Assembly (NCBI GenBank): GCA_963761335.1
Contig: CAVXGR010000017.1
Location: 1-64,000, forward strand
DNA length: 64,000 bases
Origin: an uncultured delta proteobacterium
GTDB taxonomy: Bacteria; Desulfobacterota; Binatia; HRBIN30; BPIQ01
Direction of reading: 5' to 3'
Shown here: piece after piece, positions 9,494 to 23,663 of the stretch
Layout: each line of letters opens with the position of its first letter
How positions within the stretch are numbered: the first letter of the stretch is position 1
Translations under genes and position numbers: made by a program
The notes under the pieces: model-generated
Told to the model about the DNA's origin: nothing
The model's database searches: none
Seen by the model: only the letters and a program-made list of their open reading frames with translations

Positions 9494-10692
9494 CACCGGC
9501 AGAGCAGCTCGCGGCCCTGCAGAAGAACGCCGTCCACATCGTCCACGAGAGCGAGCTGCTCGAGCGCCTCGGCGCGGGGCGGCCGCTGCGCGTCAAGCTC
9601 GGCGCCGATCCCTCCGCCCCCGACCTTCACCTCGGGCATTGCGTCGTTCTCGACAAGCTGCGGCAGTTTCAGGACCTCGGGCACACGGTCATCTTTCTCA
9701 TCGGCGATTTTACTGGCCGCATCGGCGACCCGACGGGCCGATCGGAGACGCGCAAGCCCCTCACTGACGAGCAGATTCGCGCCAACGCCCGCACCTACAC
9801 CGAGCAGGTGTTCAAGATCCTCGACCCGGAGCGCACCGAGATCCGCTTCAACTCGGAGTGGATGGACGCCATGTCGGTGAGCGATCTGGTGCGCCTGTGC
9901 AGCCACTACACCGTGGCCCGCATCCTCGAGCGCGACGACTTCGCCAAGCGCTTCAAGGAGCAGCGGCCGATCCACATCCACGAGTTCCTCTACCCGCTGG
10001 TGCAGGGCTACGACTCGGTGGCGCTGCGCGCCGACGTCGAGGTCGGCGGGACCGACCAGCGCTTCAACCTGCTCGTCGGCCGCGAGCTGCAGAAGGCGTA
10101 CGGGCAGGCGCCGCAGGTGATCATGACGCTGCCGCTGCTCGAGGGCACCGACGGCGTGCAGAAGATGAGCAAGTCGCTGGGCAACTACATCGGCATCACC
10201 GAGCCGGCCGACGACATGTTCGGGAAGGTGATGTCGATTTCCGACGACCTCATGCTGCGCTACTATGAGGTGCTCACCGACACCGAGATGGCGGCGCTGC
10301 GCCAGCAGCTCCACGGCGGCGCCCTGCATCCGATGGAGGCCAAGAAGCAGCTCGGCCAGCAGGTGGTGCGCCGCTTCTGGGGGGAAGGGGAGGCGCAGGC
10401 CGCGCGGCAGAGGTTCGAGGCGCATTTCCAGAAGCACCAGGTACCCGACGAGCACATCGCCGTGCACCGCGTGCCGGCGGCGGAGTGGGCGGGCGAGCTG
10501 TCGCTGCCGGCGCTGCTGGTATCCGCGGGGATGGCGCAGTCGAACTCCGAGGTGCGCCGCCTGCTCAAGCAGCGCGCCATCCGCGTCGACGGCACCGCGG
10601 TCACCGAGGAGCGCCTGCGCCCGCAAGGCGATTCCTTTCTCGTCGAGGTCGGCAAGCGCCGCGTTCTGCGGGTCGAGCGCGACCGGAAGTAG
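9490..10692 (+). CDS. tyrS: Tyrosine--tRNA ligase
   Basis: HLGH (HIGH-type) and KMSKS motifs, YPLVQGYD, C-terminal S4 domain. Confidence 0.97.
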   Translation: MTPAEQLAALQKNAVHIVHESELLERLGAGRPLRVKLGADPSAPDLHLGHCVVLDKLRQFQDLGHTVIFLIGDFTGRIGDPTGRSETRKPLTDEQIRANARTYTEQVFKILDPERTEIRFNSEWMDAMSVSDLVRLCSHYTVARILERDDFAKRFKEQRPIHIHEFLYPLVQGYDSVALRADVEVGGTDQRFNLLVGRELQKAYGQAPQVIMTLPLLEGTDGVQKMSKSLGNYIGITEPADDMFGKVMSISDDLMLRYYEVLTDTEMAALRQQLHGGALHPMEAKKQLGQQVVRRFWGEGEAQAARQRFEAHFQKHQVPDEHIAVHRVPAAEWAGELSLPALLVSAGMAQSNSEVRRLLKQRAIRVDGTAVTEERLRPQGDSFLVEVGKRRVLRVERDRK

Positions 10693-10895
10693 CGAGGCTT
10701 GCCTGGCGACGGCGGGGCGCCGTCGTGATATCAGTGACCGTGCGGTGGCGGTGGGGCGTCTTCGGGCAGGCATGCCAGCATCGCGGATTCAGCGCTCAAT
10801 GCCGAGCCCTCCGGCTCTTCACACGACTCGTCGCGTGCCGGAGCGAGGAAGCGGAGCATCGTGATCGCTGCCGCGGCGCATGATACGAAGACGCG

Positions 10896-12056
10896 ATGCG
10901 AGTTCTCCTCGCCTTTCCGGAGTTGACGTCGAAGGGCGGTGGCTGCAGCCTCACGGCGTGGACGCTCCAGGCCTTGCGGGGGCGCGCGGACGTCACTCTC
11001 CTCTCGTGGCGCGCGCCGGATCTGTCGGCCGTGAACGCCGTGTTCGGTACCTCACTGGACCGGGACGACTTCCGGCTGGAAATTGCCGCGCATCCCCTGG
11101 CGCACGTCTCCAGCCTCCTGCCCGCCGGAAGGGCCCTGCTGGGGAACGGCCTGTTCATGCGGGCGTGCCGGGCTCTCGATGACGAGCAGCGCTACGACCG
11201 CCTGCTCGCCACCGTCGACGAGTTCGACTTCGGTCGCCCGGGCATCCAGTACGTTCATTTCCCCTGGGCGCTCGTGCCGCGGCCGGCCTCGGAGCGGCGC
11301 TGGTTCCACTCCGTGCCGGGTCTCGTCCGCACTTTTCAGCAAGCGAGTGTGGTCATCACCGGCATGTCCAAGGACCGCATTCGCGGCAATCGCACCCTCG
11401 TCAACTCGCGCTTCGTCCGCGATCGAGTGCGATCCGTATGGGGTGTCGAAGCCGAGGTCGTCTATCCGCCGGTCGGGGGCGGGTTTCCCGACGTGCCTTG
11501 GGGGGAGCGCGAGGACGGCATCGTTTGCCTGGGGCGAATCCATCCGGAAAAGCGGCTGCATGCCGCGCTGGAGATCGTCGCCGCGCTGCGCGCACGTGGA
11601 TTGCCCTTGCATCTCCACCTCGTCGGCGCCCGCGACGACCCGCGGTATGAAGCGCGGCTGCGCGACCTCATCGGCCGCCACGGAGATTGGGTCGCACTGC
11701 ACCTCGACATGCGACGCGAAGAAATGGCGGAGCTCGTCGCCCGGCAGCGATACGGCCTTCACGCCATGCACGAGGAGCATTTCGGAATTGCGGTGGCCGA
11801 GATGCAGCGCGCCGGCTGCATCGTCTTCGTGCCGCGCAACGGTGGTCCCGCCGAGATCGTCGGCGGCGATGAGCGGGTTCTCTTCGATTCCGACGCGCAG
11901 GCCGCCGACAAGATCGAAGCGGTTCTGCGCAGCCCGGAGGCAATTGGCGCCTTGCGGGCCGTCGCTGCCCGGCGCGGCGCGGCCTTCTCGGCGGAGCGGT
12001 TCATGCAGGAGATGCGTGGCATCGTTCTCGGCGAGCCCCGCACGAGGCATGGGTGA
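10896..12056 (+). CDS. Glycosyltransferase family 4 (ALG11-like)
   Basis: NSRF...VVYPPV, LGRIHPEKR and EHFGIAVAE (EX7E) GT-B motifs. Confidence 0.88.
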   Translation: MRVLLAFPELTSKGGGCSLTAWTLQALRGRADVTLLSWRAPDLSAVNAVFGTSLDRDDFRLEIAAHPLAHVSSLLPAGRALLGNGLFMRACRALDDEQRYDRLLATVDEFDFGRPGIQYVHFPWALVPRPASERRWFHSVPGLVRTFQQASVVITGMSKDRIRGNRTLVNSRFVRDRVRSVWGVEAEVVYPPVGGGFPDVPWGEREDGIVCLGRIHPEKRLHAALEIVAALRARGLPLHLHLVGARDDPRYEARLRDLIGRHGDWVALHLDMRREEMAELVARQRYGLHAMHEEHFGIAVAEMQRAGCIVFVPRNGGPAEIVGGDERVLFDSDAQAADKIEAVLRSPEAIGALRAVAARRGAAFSAERFMQEMRGIVLGEPRTRHG

Positions 12057-12291
12057 CACGGTGCGCGTGCTGGTCGTACACGATCATCTGGGGCCGGTCG
12101 GCGGTGGTGGGGCGGTCGCGGCCTGGGCGCTCCAGGCTCTGCGCAGCTGTTCGGATCTGTCGTTGCTGACCCGGGATCCGTTCGACCAGGCGGCCGTCAA
12201 CCGCTTCTACGCGGCCACGCTGGCGACGCGCGAGACCGACTGGCCGAGGGGCGCAGGCGCAGTGCCTTGGAGCGTCTCAACCGGCGGATGA
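12049..12291 (+). pseudogene. Truncated N-terminus of a paralogous GT4 glycosyltransferase
   Basis: VRVLVVH...GGGGAVAAWALQALR...VNRFY parallels the preceding gene's MRVLLAF...GGGCSLTAWTLQALR...VNAVF, but stops after about 80 aa. Confidence 0.7.
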
Positions 12292-12299
12292 CACGGCTC

Positions 12300-12982
12300 T
12301 TCCAGTCGCACCGCGGCGATCCGATCTCGGTGGCTTCAGCCTGGAGCAGTCGAACGCTCCCGTCGTCCGACTCGGCCGACAGCCTGCCGGTGGCGTTGCC
12401 CCGGCGTTTGAGGTCGAGACGATACGCCTCGAGTCTTATCTGGCGAGTGATGAGGAGGTCGGCGTGCTGAAGATGGACGTCGAAGGTCACGAGCCCGCGA
12501 TTCTCGAGGGCGCGGGCCGCTTGCTCGGCGAGGGTCGTATCCGCGACATCGTCTTCGAGGACTACGAACCGCAGCCAAGCCGTTGTGCCGCCATCTTGAA
12601 GGGCGCCGGGTTTGCGATCTTCGCCATCGTGCCGCGGTGGTTCGGCCTGCGGTTGGTGGCGCTGGACGAGTGGCCGCGCCTGCTGGACCGGTATCCGCCC
12701 AACTTCGTGGCGACTCGCGACCCGAGGCGATTGCAGGCGCGGCTCGGCGCCTTCGGCTGGCGCTGCCTGTGGGGTGCGAGCACGGGAATTTTGAGGGGGC
12801 TATTGCATCCCGTCGCGCCACCGGCTAAAAAGCCCCCGATCACCCGGAACTGCCGGAACAACCCAAGCCAAAACGATCGAGACGAATCAGCGTTTTCTCG
12901 GTGTCGCGGTCGAGGGGGCTTGACACGGGCAGCTCGCTTCAATATACAGGGTGGTCCCGCCACAGAGCGGTCCGGTCTTTGA
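12300..12982 (+). pseudogene. FkbM-family methyltransferase C-terminal fragment
   Basis: In-frame FEVETIRLESYL...VGVLKMDVEGHE...IVFE motif; no N-terminal SAM-binding part or credible start; frame runs on into the rRNA promoter. Confidence 0.65.
12920..12948 (+). promoter_or_regulatory. rRNA operon sigma70 promoter
   Basis: TTGACA (12920-12925), 17 nt, TATACA (12943-12948), about 200 nt upstream of 16S. Confidence 0.75.
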
Positions 12983-12985
12983 AAA
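12974..12985 (+). promoter_or_regulatory. boxA antitermination element
   Basis: GGTCTTTGAAAA in the rRNA leader; a second boxA-like GGTCTTTGACAA lies near 15098-15109 before 23S. Confidence 0.7.
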
Positions 12986-13146
12986 CTAAATAGTAGCGTG
13001 CTTTGCCGAACCAACCGGAAACGGTTGGGTCGGGAACGTTTGAGTAGGTCCCAGTCCACGGACGGGGGTCTGCTTGGAACGCCAAGTCGGGAAACCCGTT
13101 ACAAAGCAGAGTCTGGTGCGGCTTCGGCCGTGCCGATTCAACTTTT

Positions 13147-14712
<1,566 letters not shown>

Positions 14713-14879
14713 ATGCTTTCCCGAGCGATCGGGACATTCTGTTGGTCAATACGAGTTCGGCTTGCCGGGCTCGAAGCAGCAAAGCGGGAGACAGCTCGGA
14801 GCGGTCCGGCGTTTCCCGTCCGACAGCGTTCGACGTTCGCACTGCTACTATTTAGTTTTGAGAGACCGGAATGCGTCCC

Positions 14880-14956
14880 GGGCCTATAGCTCAGCTGGCT
14901 AGAGCGCACCCCTGATAAGGGTGAGGTCGGTAGTTCGACTCTACCTAGGCCCACCA
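14880..14956 (+). tRNA. tRNA-Ile(GAT)
   Basis: Cloverleaf with anticodon loop CTGATAA; encoded CCA end. Confidence 0.97.
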
Positions 14957-14983
14957 CCATGTTCAGGGGGCGGGGGTTCGGGG

Positions 14984-15056
14984 GGGGCTGTAGCTCAGTT
15001 GGGAGAGCGCCGCCCTTGCAAGGCGGAGGTCGTCGGTTCGATCCCGATCAGCTCCA
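14984..15056 (+). tRNA. tRNA-Ala(TGC)
   Basis: GGGGCTG/CAGCTCC acceptor stem with G3:U70, anticodon arm CCGCC-CTTGCAA-GGCGG; no encoded CCA. Confidence 0.96.
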
Positions 15057-15164
15057 CTGGGCCGCGGCCGACGCTTGGTCGACAGTTTGTTTCATCTGGT
15101 CTTTGACAATTGCATATGGGTAACCGGCTTGTGCAAACGCGCAAGGTAGCGACGGCGAGAATTA

Positions 15165-18183
<3,019 letters not shown>

Positions 18184-18268
18184 CTTTTTTTTCTCCGTCC
18201 GTCGCTACCGCGTGCGTTTGCACGAGTCGGTAACCCATATGCGAATTGTCGAAGACCATCTGAAAACT

Positions 18269-18386
18269 TTCCGGTGGCTATTGCGGAGGGGCAACACCCG
18301 TTCCCATCCCGAACACGGCAGTTAAGACCTCCAGCGCCGATGGTACTGCATGGGCAACTGTGTGGGAGAGTAGGACGTCGCCGGGA
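18269..18386 (+). rRNA. rrf: 5S rRNA
   Basis: CCGGTGGC...CCCATCCCGAACAC...GCCGATGGTACT...GAGAGTAGG...GCCGGGA. Confidence 0.98.
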
Positions 18387-18395
18387 TCTCAAAAC

Positions 18396-18436
18396 AAGGG
18401 CCTGAGTCGCGCAAGCGGCTCAGGCCCTTCGTTTTT
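18396..18436 (+). terminator. Intrinsic terminator of the rRNA operon
   Basis: AAGGGCCTGAGTCGC-GCAA-GCGGCTCAGGCCCTT hairpin followed by CGTTTTT. Confidence 0.9.
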
Positions 18437-18541
18437 GCCGCCCGGGCCGGCCGAGCCCGCATGACCGGTGTCGATCTGCGGTTGACGATTGGCGCGGCCC
18501 CATGCGAATCTAGGACGTCTCGGCCACGGCCCGAATCAGCC

Positions 18542-19990
18542 ATGCCTCTGCGAAAGCGACGAGAGTCCCCGGCCCTCGACCGGCTCCTCCTGCAACGGCT
18601 CGCTCTGCTCGTCTGGGTGATGCTGCTGTGCGCCATCGGCTTCACGCTGGTCGAGATCCTGACCACCCCCGGCCCCGACGCTCACACCGCCGTCAAGATC
18701 ATCGGCATCGGCCTCTGCCTGATCACCCTGGCGCTCTGCGATCGCCCGTGGGTCCGTTCCCACCCCCGCGCCATCGCCATCCTGGTGGTCTCGCTCGCCT
18801 ACGCCATCACCGCGCTCTCCGGCGCCCTGAGCCTGACCCGCGAGTACACCACCACCGCCTTGCTGTTCATCGGTGCGGCGCTGAGCACCGGAACATTGCT
18901 GCCCTGGGGCTTGGCGGCCCAGGGGTTCACTGTCCTGGTCGGCGCCTCGGCTCTGCTGCTCTGCATCCTGCGCGCCGACGGCAGCTTCGCGGAGATCGGC
19001 AGCGACCCCGGGGTCGCCGTCATCCTGGCATTCTCCGTCTCCGTGTTCACCGCCTACGAGGTGCGCCGCTCGCGCCGCGAGGCGGTGCGGCAGCTGCTGT
19101 CGCGGCGGCGCGCCGAGGCCGAGATCGAGAAGCTCAACGCCACGCTCGAGCAGCGCCTCGAGGAGCGGACCCGCGAGCTGACGGAGTCCAATCGCCAGCT
19201 GCGTATCGAGATGAAGAGAGGTCGGGAGACAGCCGAGGAGCTGCGCCGCCACCAGGACCAGCTGGCACGACTGCAGCGGCTCTACCTGCTCTCGGAGATG
19301 GCCTCCGCCATCGCCGATGAGGTCCGCCAGCCACTCGGTGCCATCGCCGGCAAAGCCGAGGAGGCGCTACAGAGCGGCGGCAGTGACGACGCGCCTGCGG
19401 GCGAGACGCTGCGGACTTTCGAGGAGATCTGCCAGGAGGCACTGCGCGCCGCCGAGATCCTGCAGCGGGTTCGGCGCCTCGCCGAGCGGCGCTCGTCGTT
19501 GCGCCGCGAGGTCGACGTCGAGCAGATCGTTCTCGACGGCGTCCGCGCCGTCGGCCCCCTCACCCAGGAGCACCGTATCGTCGTCCGCGTCGGCGGCGAC
19601 GGCACGCCGATCCCGGTGCACGCCGACCCGATCCAGATCGAGCAGGTGGTGGTCAACCTGCTGGTGAATGCGGTCGACGCGGTCGCCGATCTCCCTGAGG
19701 AGCAGCGCGAGGTCTCCATCCGCACGCAGCGCGTCGACGGTCGCGTCGAGATCGCCGTCAGCGACTGCGGCATGGGGATCCCGGCGCCAGTTCTGCGCCG
19801 TCTCTTCCAGCCGTTCTTCACCACCAAGAAGGACGGCCTCGGCATGGGTCTGGCGATCAGCCGCTCCATCGTCGAGGCGCACGGCGGGCGCTTGTGGATG
19901 GCGCCGGGCGCCGATCTGCGCACCACCTTCTGCTTCTCTCTGCCGCTCGCTTCCCGAGATACAGCCGGGCTGCGGTCCCTGCCGCACTAG
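18542..19990 (+). CDS. Membrane sensor histidine kinase-like protein lacking the phosphoacceptor His
   Basis: About 5-6 TM helices, coiled coil, H-box LSEMASAIADEVRQPL, HATPase N/G1/F/G2 boxes (NLLVNAVDA, DCGMGI, FFTTK, GLGMGL). Confidence 0.88.
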   Translation: MPLRKRRESPALDRLLLQRLALLVWVMLLCAIGFTLVEILTTPGPDAHTAVKIIGIGLCLITLALCDRPWVRSHPRAIAILVVSLAYAITALSGALSLTREYTTTALLFIGAALSTGTLLPWGLAAQGFTVLVGASALLLCILRADGSFAEIGSDPGVAVILAFSVSVFTAYEVRRSRREAVRQLLSRRRAEAEIEKLNATLEQRLEERTRELTESNRQLRIEMKRGRETAEELRRHQDQLARLQRLYLLSEMASAIADEVRQPLGAIAGKAEEALQSGGSDDAPAGETLRTFEEICQEALRAAEILQRVRRLAERRSSLRREVDVEQIVLDGVRAVGPLTQEHRIVVRVGGDGTPIPVHADPIQIEQVVVNLLVNAVDAVADLPEEQREVSIRTQRVDGRVEIAVSDCGMGIPAPVLRRLFQPFFTTKKDGLGMGLAISRSIVEAHGGRLWMAPGADLRTTFCFSLPLASRDTAGLRSLPH

Positions 19991-20126
19991 CTGCGCCAAG
20001 GCCCCCCGGGCTGACCTTTGTCAGCTCGCCTGCCGGCGTTGCTCATTTCGCTCTCGCCGCCCCAGCATTAAACACCTACCGATGATGGGTGCGGAGGTGG
20101 GCGTACGGGTCGAGAGGAGGTTGCAC

Positions 20127-21494
20127 TTGAAGGCAGGATGGATTGTTGCGTGGGGCGGCTGCTTGATCCTGGCCGCCGGGCTCGCAGGTTGCGGCGGCGA
20201 CAGTGGCGCGGGGACGCAGAGCCTCGATCAGCGCCTTGACGCGCTGATGGCCGATGCTGGCATCACTCCTCTCGACCCGGGGCCGGTACCGGCCCCGGCA
20301 AAGGTCAGTCTCGGTCGGGTGCTGATGTTCGACAAGGAGCTCAGCGGCAACCGCGATACCGCATGCGCGACGTGTCATCATCCGCGCCTGCTGACCGGCG
20401 ACGCCTTGTCGCTGTCCATTGGCACGGGCGGCGGCAGCGAGCTCGGTCCGCCCCGTACCCTGGGCGAAGGGCGCAATCGCATTCCCCGCAACGCTCCGGA
20501 GGCATTTGACCGCGGCGCGCCGGAGTGGCGCACCATGTTCTGGGACATGCGCGTCAGCGGCGACGCCGTTGCCGGCTTCGCATCTCCGGCGCATGAGGCG
20601 CTTCCCGCCGGTCTCGACAACGTGGTGGCCGCGCAGGCGATGTTTCCGGTAACGGCGCGCGACGAAATGCGCGGCGCCGTCGGCGACCGCGACGTGTTCG
20701 GTGACGAAAACGAGCTCGCCGCTTTCGCCGACTCCGATCTCGCCGGGATCTGGGCGGCGCTCATGAACCGCCTGGTCGCCATTCCCGCCTACGTCGAGCT
20801 GTTCGCCGCCGCCTACCCCGGCGTCCCCAGCAGCGATCTCGGCTTCCAGCACGCCGCCGACGCCATTGCCGCCTTCGAGATCGATGCCTGGACCTTGACC
20901 GACAGCCCCTGGGACCGATACCTCGCCGGCGACGGCTCCGCTATCTCCGACGCCGCCAAGCGCGGCGCCATCCTTTTCTGTGGCAAGGCCGGATGTGTCG
21001 GCTGCCACCGCGGTCCGCTGCTCACCGACCAGCAGGCCCACGACATCGGCGTGCCGCAGATCGGCCCCGGCAAGGGGGCGGAGTCGCCGCAGGATTTTGG
21101 CCGCGGTCGCGAGACTGGCGAAGCCGCCGATCGCTATGCCTTTCGCACGCCGCCGCTGCGCAACGTGACGCTCACCGGACCCTGGATGCACGATGGCGCC
21201 TACACCTCACTGGCGGCCGCCGTGCGCCACCATCTCGATCCGGCCTCGTCGCTGCGCACCTACGACCCGTCGCAGCTGGCCCCCGATCTGCGTGACAGCT
21301 TCCAGGGGAACGAGGCGACCATCGACGCGATTCTCGGCAATCTCGACCCGCTGGTGGCCACGCCGCTTTCGCTCGGCGACGGCGAGGTGAATGACATCCT
21401 CACTTTTCTCGAGGCGCTCACCGATCCCGCCGCCGCCGATCTGAACCGGGACGTGCCGGACTCTGTCCCCAGCGGCCTGCCGGTGGACCGCTGA
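20127..21494 (+). CDS. Di-heme cytochrome c peroxidase/MauG-family lipoprotein
   Basis: AGGAGG then TTG start (alternative ATG at 20082); LAGC lipobox; CATCH and CVGCH; RNAP, FWD, FRTPPLRNV, PWMHDG motifs. Confidence 0.88.
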   Translation: MKAGWIVAWGGCLILAAGLAGCGGDSGAGTQSLDQRLDALMADAGITPLDPGPVPAPAKVSLGRVLMFDKELSGNRDTACATCHHPRLLTGDALSLSIGTGGGSELGPPRTLGEGRNRIPRNAPEAFDRGAPEWRTMFWDMRVSGDAVAGFASPAHEALPAGLDNVVAAQAMFPVTARDEMRGAVGDRDVFGDENELAAFADSDLAGIWAALMNRLVAIPAYVELFAAAYPGVPSSDLGFQHAADAIAAFEIDAWTLTDSPWDRYLAGDGSAISDAAKRGAILFCGKAGCVGCHRGPLLTDQQAHDIGVPQIGPGKGAESPQDFGRGRETGEAADRYAFRTPPLRNVTLTGPWMHDGAYTSLAAAVRHHLDPASSLRTYDPSQLAPDLRDSFQGNEATIDAILGNLDPLVATPLSLGDGEVNDILTFLEALTDPAAADLNRDVPDSVPSGLPVDR

Positions 21495-21580
21495 AGCGGG
21501 CTCTCCGATATCGAATTAGAGGAGGTGTTCCGCACGCCTCCTCGGAGGGAAGAAGCAGGGACGCCTCTTCCCTCTTCTCT

Positions 21581-21919
21581 TCACTCGAGAGGCGCGCCGT
21601 CGAGGGAACGGTCGTTTTCGACCGGCGCCTCATTCGGGGGCTGACCGCCAATGGCGCCGTTGTCCTCGACCGGGGCGTCTTCCAGCGGCGCACCGTCAAT
21701 GGCGCCGTTGTCTTCGAGCGGCGAGTCGCCGAGAGGTGCACCGTCGACGGCGCCGTTGTCCTCCACTTGGGCATTGCCCAGGGGTGCACCGCCGATTGCC
21801 CCGTTGTCCTCGACCTGGGTTCCCACCTGTGCATCATCCTGCGCCGTCGCCAAGGAGAATGGGGCCGCGAGCAAGAGAAGAATTGGCAGCGCGATGACCA
21901 GAATCAATTTCCGCAGCAT
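21581..21919 (-). CDS. Small secreted acidic tandem-repeat protein (112 aa)
   Basis: GGAAGGA SD-like sequence; Sec signal peptide ending ATA; five 16-aa (48-nt) repeats of VEDNGAIDGAPL type. Confidence 0.75.
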   Translation of the reverse strand: MLRKLILVIALPILLLLAAPFSLATAQDDAQVGTQVEDNGAIGGAPLGNAQVEDNGAVDGAPLGDSPLEDNGAIDGAPLEDAPVEDNGAIGGQPPNEAPVENDRSLDGAPLE

Positions 21920-22083
21920 TGGAGTATCCTTCCTTCCGCTGAAATTATAGCAGCAACAGCCACACCAAGAACTCGCTCTACCGAGAATCCTCGACCCCCG
22001 GACATGGATTGTCCTGGCTCCATACGACGGCAGCGCCAGAGGTTTGGAGTGCGGGCCTCTCGCGACTCTGCTATGAGGCACTG

Positions 22084-23301
22084 ATGACTCAGATTGTCGA
22101 GGATCTGTTGGCAGAGGCGGCCACTCTGCTTCCCGAGGTCGTGGAGCTGCGCCGCAGGCTTCATGCGCAGCCGGAGATTGGTCTCGACCTGCCACAGACG
22201 ACCGCCGCCGTGATCGCCGCGCTCGAAGGCCTCGACCTCGAGATCGCGCCGAGCAAGTTCACCTCCGGATTCGTTGCCACCCTGCACGGCGGCGAGCCCG
22301 GGCCGGCGATCCTCCTGCGCGCCGACATGGATGCGCTGCCGATGCCGGAGGACACCGGGCTCGAGTTTGCGTCGAGACACGAAGGCCGCATGCACGCCTG
22401 CGGACACGATGCCCACACCTCGATGCTGGTGGGGGCTGCGCGCCTTCTGCACCGTCGTCGCCAGCGCCTGCGCGGTAGTGTGCGTTTGCTCTTCCAGCCC
22501 GGCGAGGAGGGGTGGTTCGGGGCGCGCCTGATGCTCGAGGAAAAGCTGGTGGATCCGCAGACCACGTCGGCGGCCTTCGCCATCCACATCGACCCGCGAC
22601 TCGACCCCGGCGTGGTCGCCTCCAAGGCGGGGCCGCTGATGGCGTCGGCGGACGTGTGGAGCGTGCAGATCAACGGCCGCGGCGGCCATGCCTCGATGCC
22701 CCATGACGCCATCGATCCGATCTCGATCGCCTGCGAGCTGGTGCAGGCGCTCAGTACCTTCGTCACCCGCCGTGTCGACGTTTTCGACCCCGTGGTCCTG
22801 AACGTGACCAAGATCGAGGCGGGAACCACCAACAACGTCATTCCCGAGAGTGCTCACGTTCTCGGCACCCTCCGTTCCTTCTCCGAGCGCTCCCGGCAGC
22901 TGGCACAGGAGGGGATCGAACGCATCGCCACGCACGTCGCCGCCGCTCACCAAGCGACCGCCGAGGTCGCCATCGCTCCCGGCTATCCGGTGACTGCCAA
23001 CGACGCCGCCTTCGTGGGCTTCGTGCGCCAGGTGGTGGGCGGCGTCCTCGGCCCCGAGCGCTTTCTCGAGATGCCGGCTCCGGTCATGGGCGCCGAAGAT
23101 TTCTCCTATCTGTTGCAGTGCATTCCCGGCGCCATGGTCTTTCTCGGTGTCCGGCCGGAAGGCGTCGGCAAGCCTGCTCCCTGTCACTCGAACCGCATGA
23201 TGCTGGACGAAAACGCCATGGCCGCCGGCATGGCGCTCCATGCCGCCGTGGCGCTGCGCTACCTCGATGATCCAGCCGGCGCGAGTCCGCGACCTCAATG
23301 A
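22084..23301 (+). CDS. M20D family amidohydrolase
   Basis: RRLHAQPE, LRADMDALP, MHACGHDAH, FQPGEEG, GGHASMP, AEDFS. Confidence 0.92.
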   Translation: MTQIVEDLLAEAATLLPEVVELRRRLHAQPEIGLDLPQTTAAVIAALEGLDLEIAPSKFTSGFVATLHGGEPGPAILLRADMDALPMPEDTGLEFASRHEGRMHACGHDAHTSMLVGAARLLHRRRQRLRGSVRLLFQPGEEGWFGARLMLEEKLVDPQTTSAAFAIHIDPRLDPGVVASKAGPLMASADVWSVQINGRGGHASMPHDAIDPISIACELVQALSTFVTRRVDVFDPVVLNVTKIEAGTTNNVIPESAHVLGTLRSFSERSRQLAQEGIERIATHVAAAHQATAEVAIAPGYPVTANDAAFVGFVRQVVGGVLGPERFLEMPAPVMGAEDFSYLLQCIPGAMVFLGVRPEGVGKPAPCHSNRMMLDENAMAAGMALHAAVALRYLDDPAGASPRPQ

Positions 23302-23351
23302 CCGGCCGGCGCGCCAGGGACGCTTCGTCCTCTACTGGATGACACGTCGCC

Positions 23352-23663
23352 TTGTCGCTTGCCAAAGACGCCAACGTGGTCGTCTGTGACCGCGGCTACC
23401 TGCGACACCAGAAGCTCTGGCGCCGGAGAGTCGCGCTGCGGCTCAACAACAAGTATTTCCTCGGCGGTCGCGATCCCAGCTCCTTCGCCAACGTCGCCTG
23501 GTGCTTCGGCCTTCACGACCGACCGTGGAAGGAGCGGGCGGTGTTCGGAAAGGTTCGCTACATGAACGCCGCCGGCCTCGAGCGCAAGTTCGACATGGAG
23601 GCGTACGTGCGCGCCGTCGACCGCCTGATCGAGGAGGAAGGTGTCGGAGGCCCCCGCGAATGA
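23352..23663 (+). pseudogene. Class II CPD photolyase C-terminal remnant
   Basis: [42 protein letters not shown]...RKFD matches the class II photolyase C-terminus; only about 100 aa present. Confidence 0.8.

Noticed and set aside
14965..14987. G-run tract before tRNA-Ala (possible G-quadruplex)
   Set aside because: Partly the tRNA acceptor stem; homopolymer lengths are error-prone and there is no other support.
21590..21820. 48-nt periodic repeats as a CRISPR array
   Set aside because: In-frame degenerate coding repeats without unique spacers; no cas genes.
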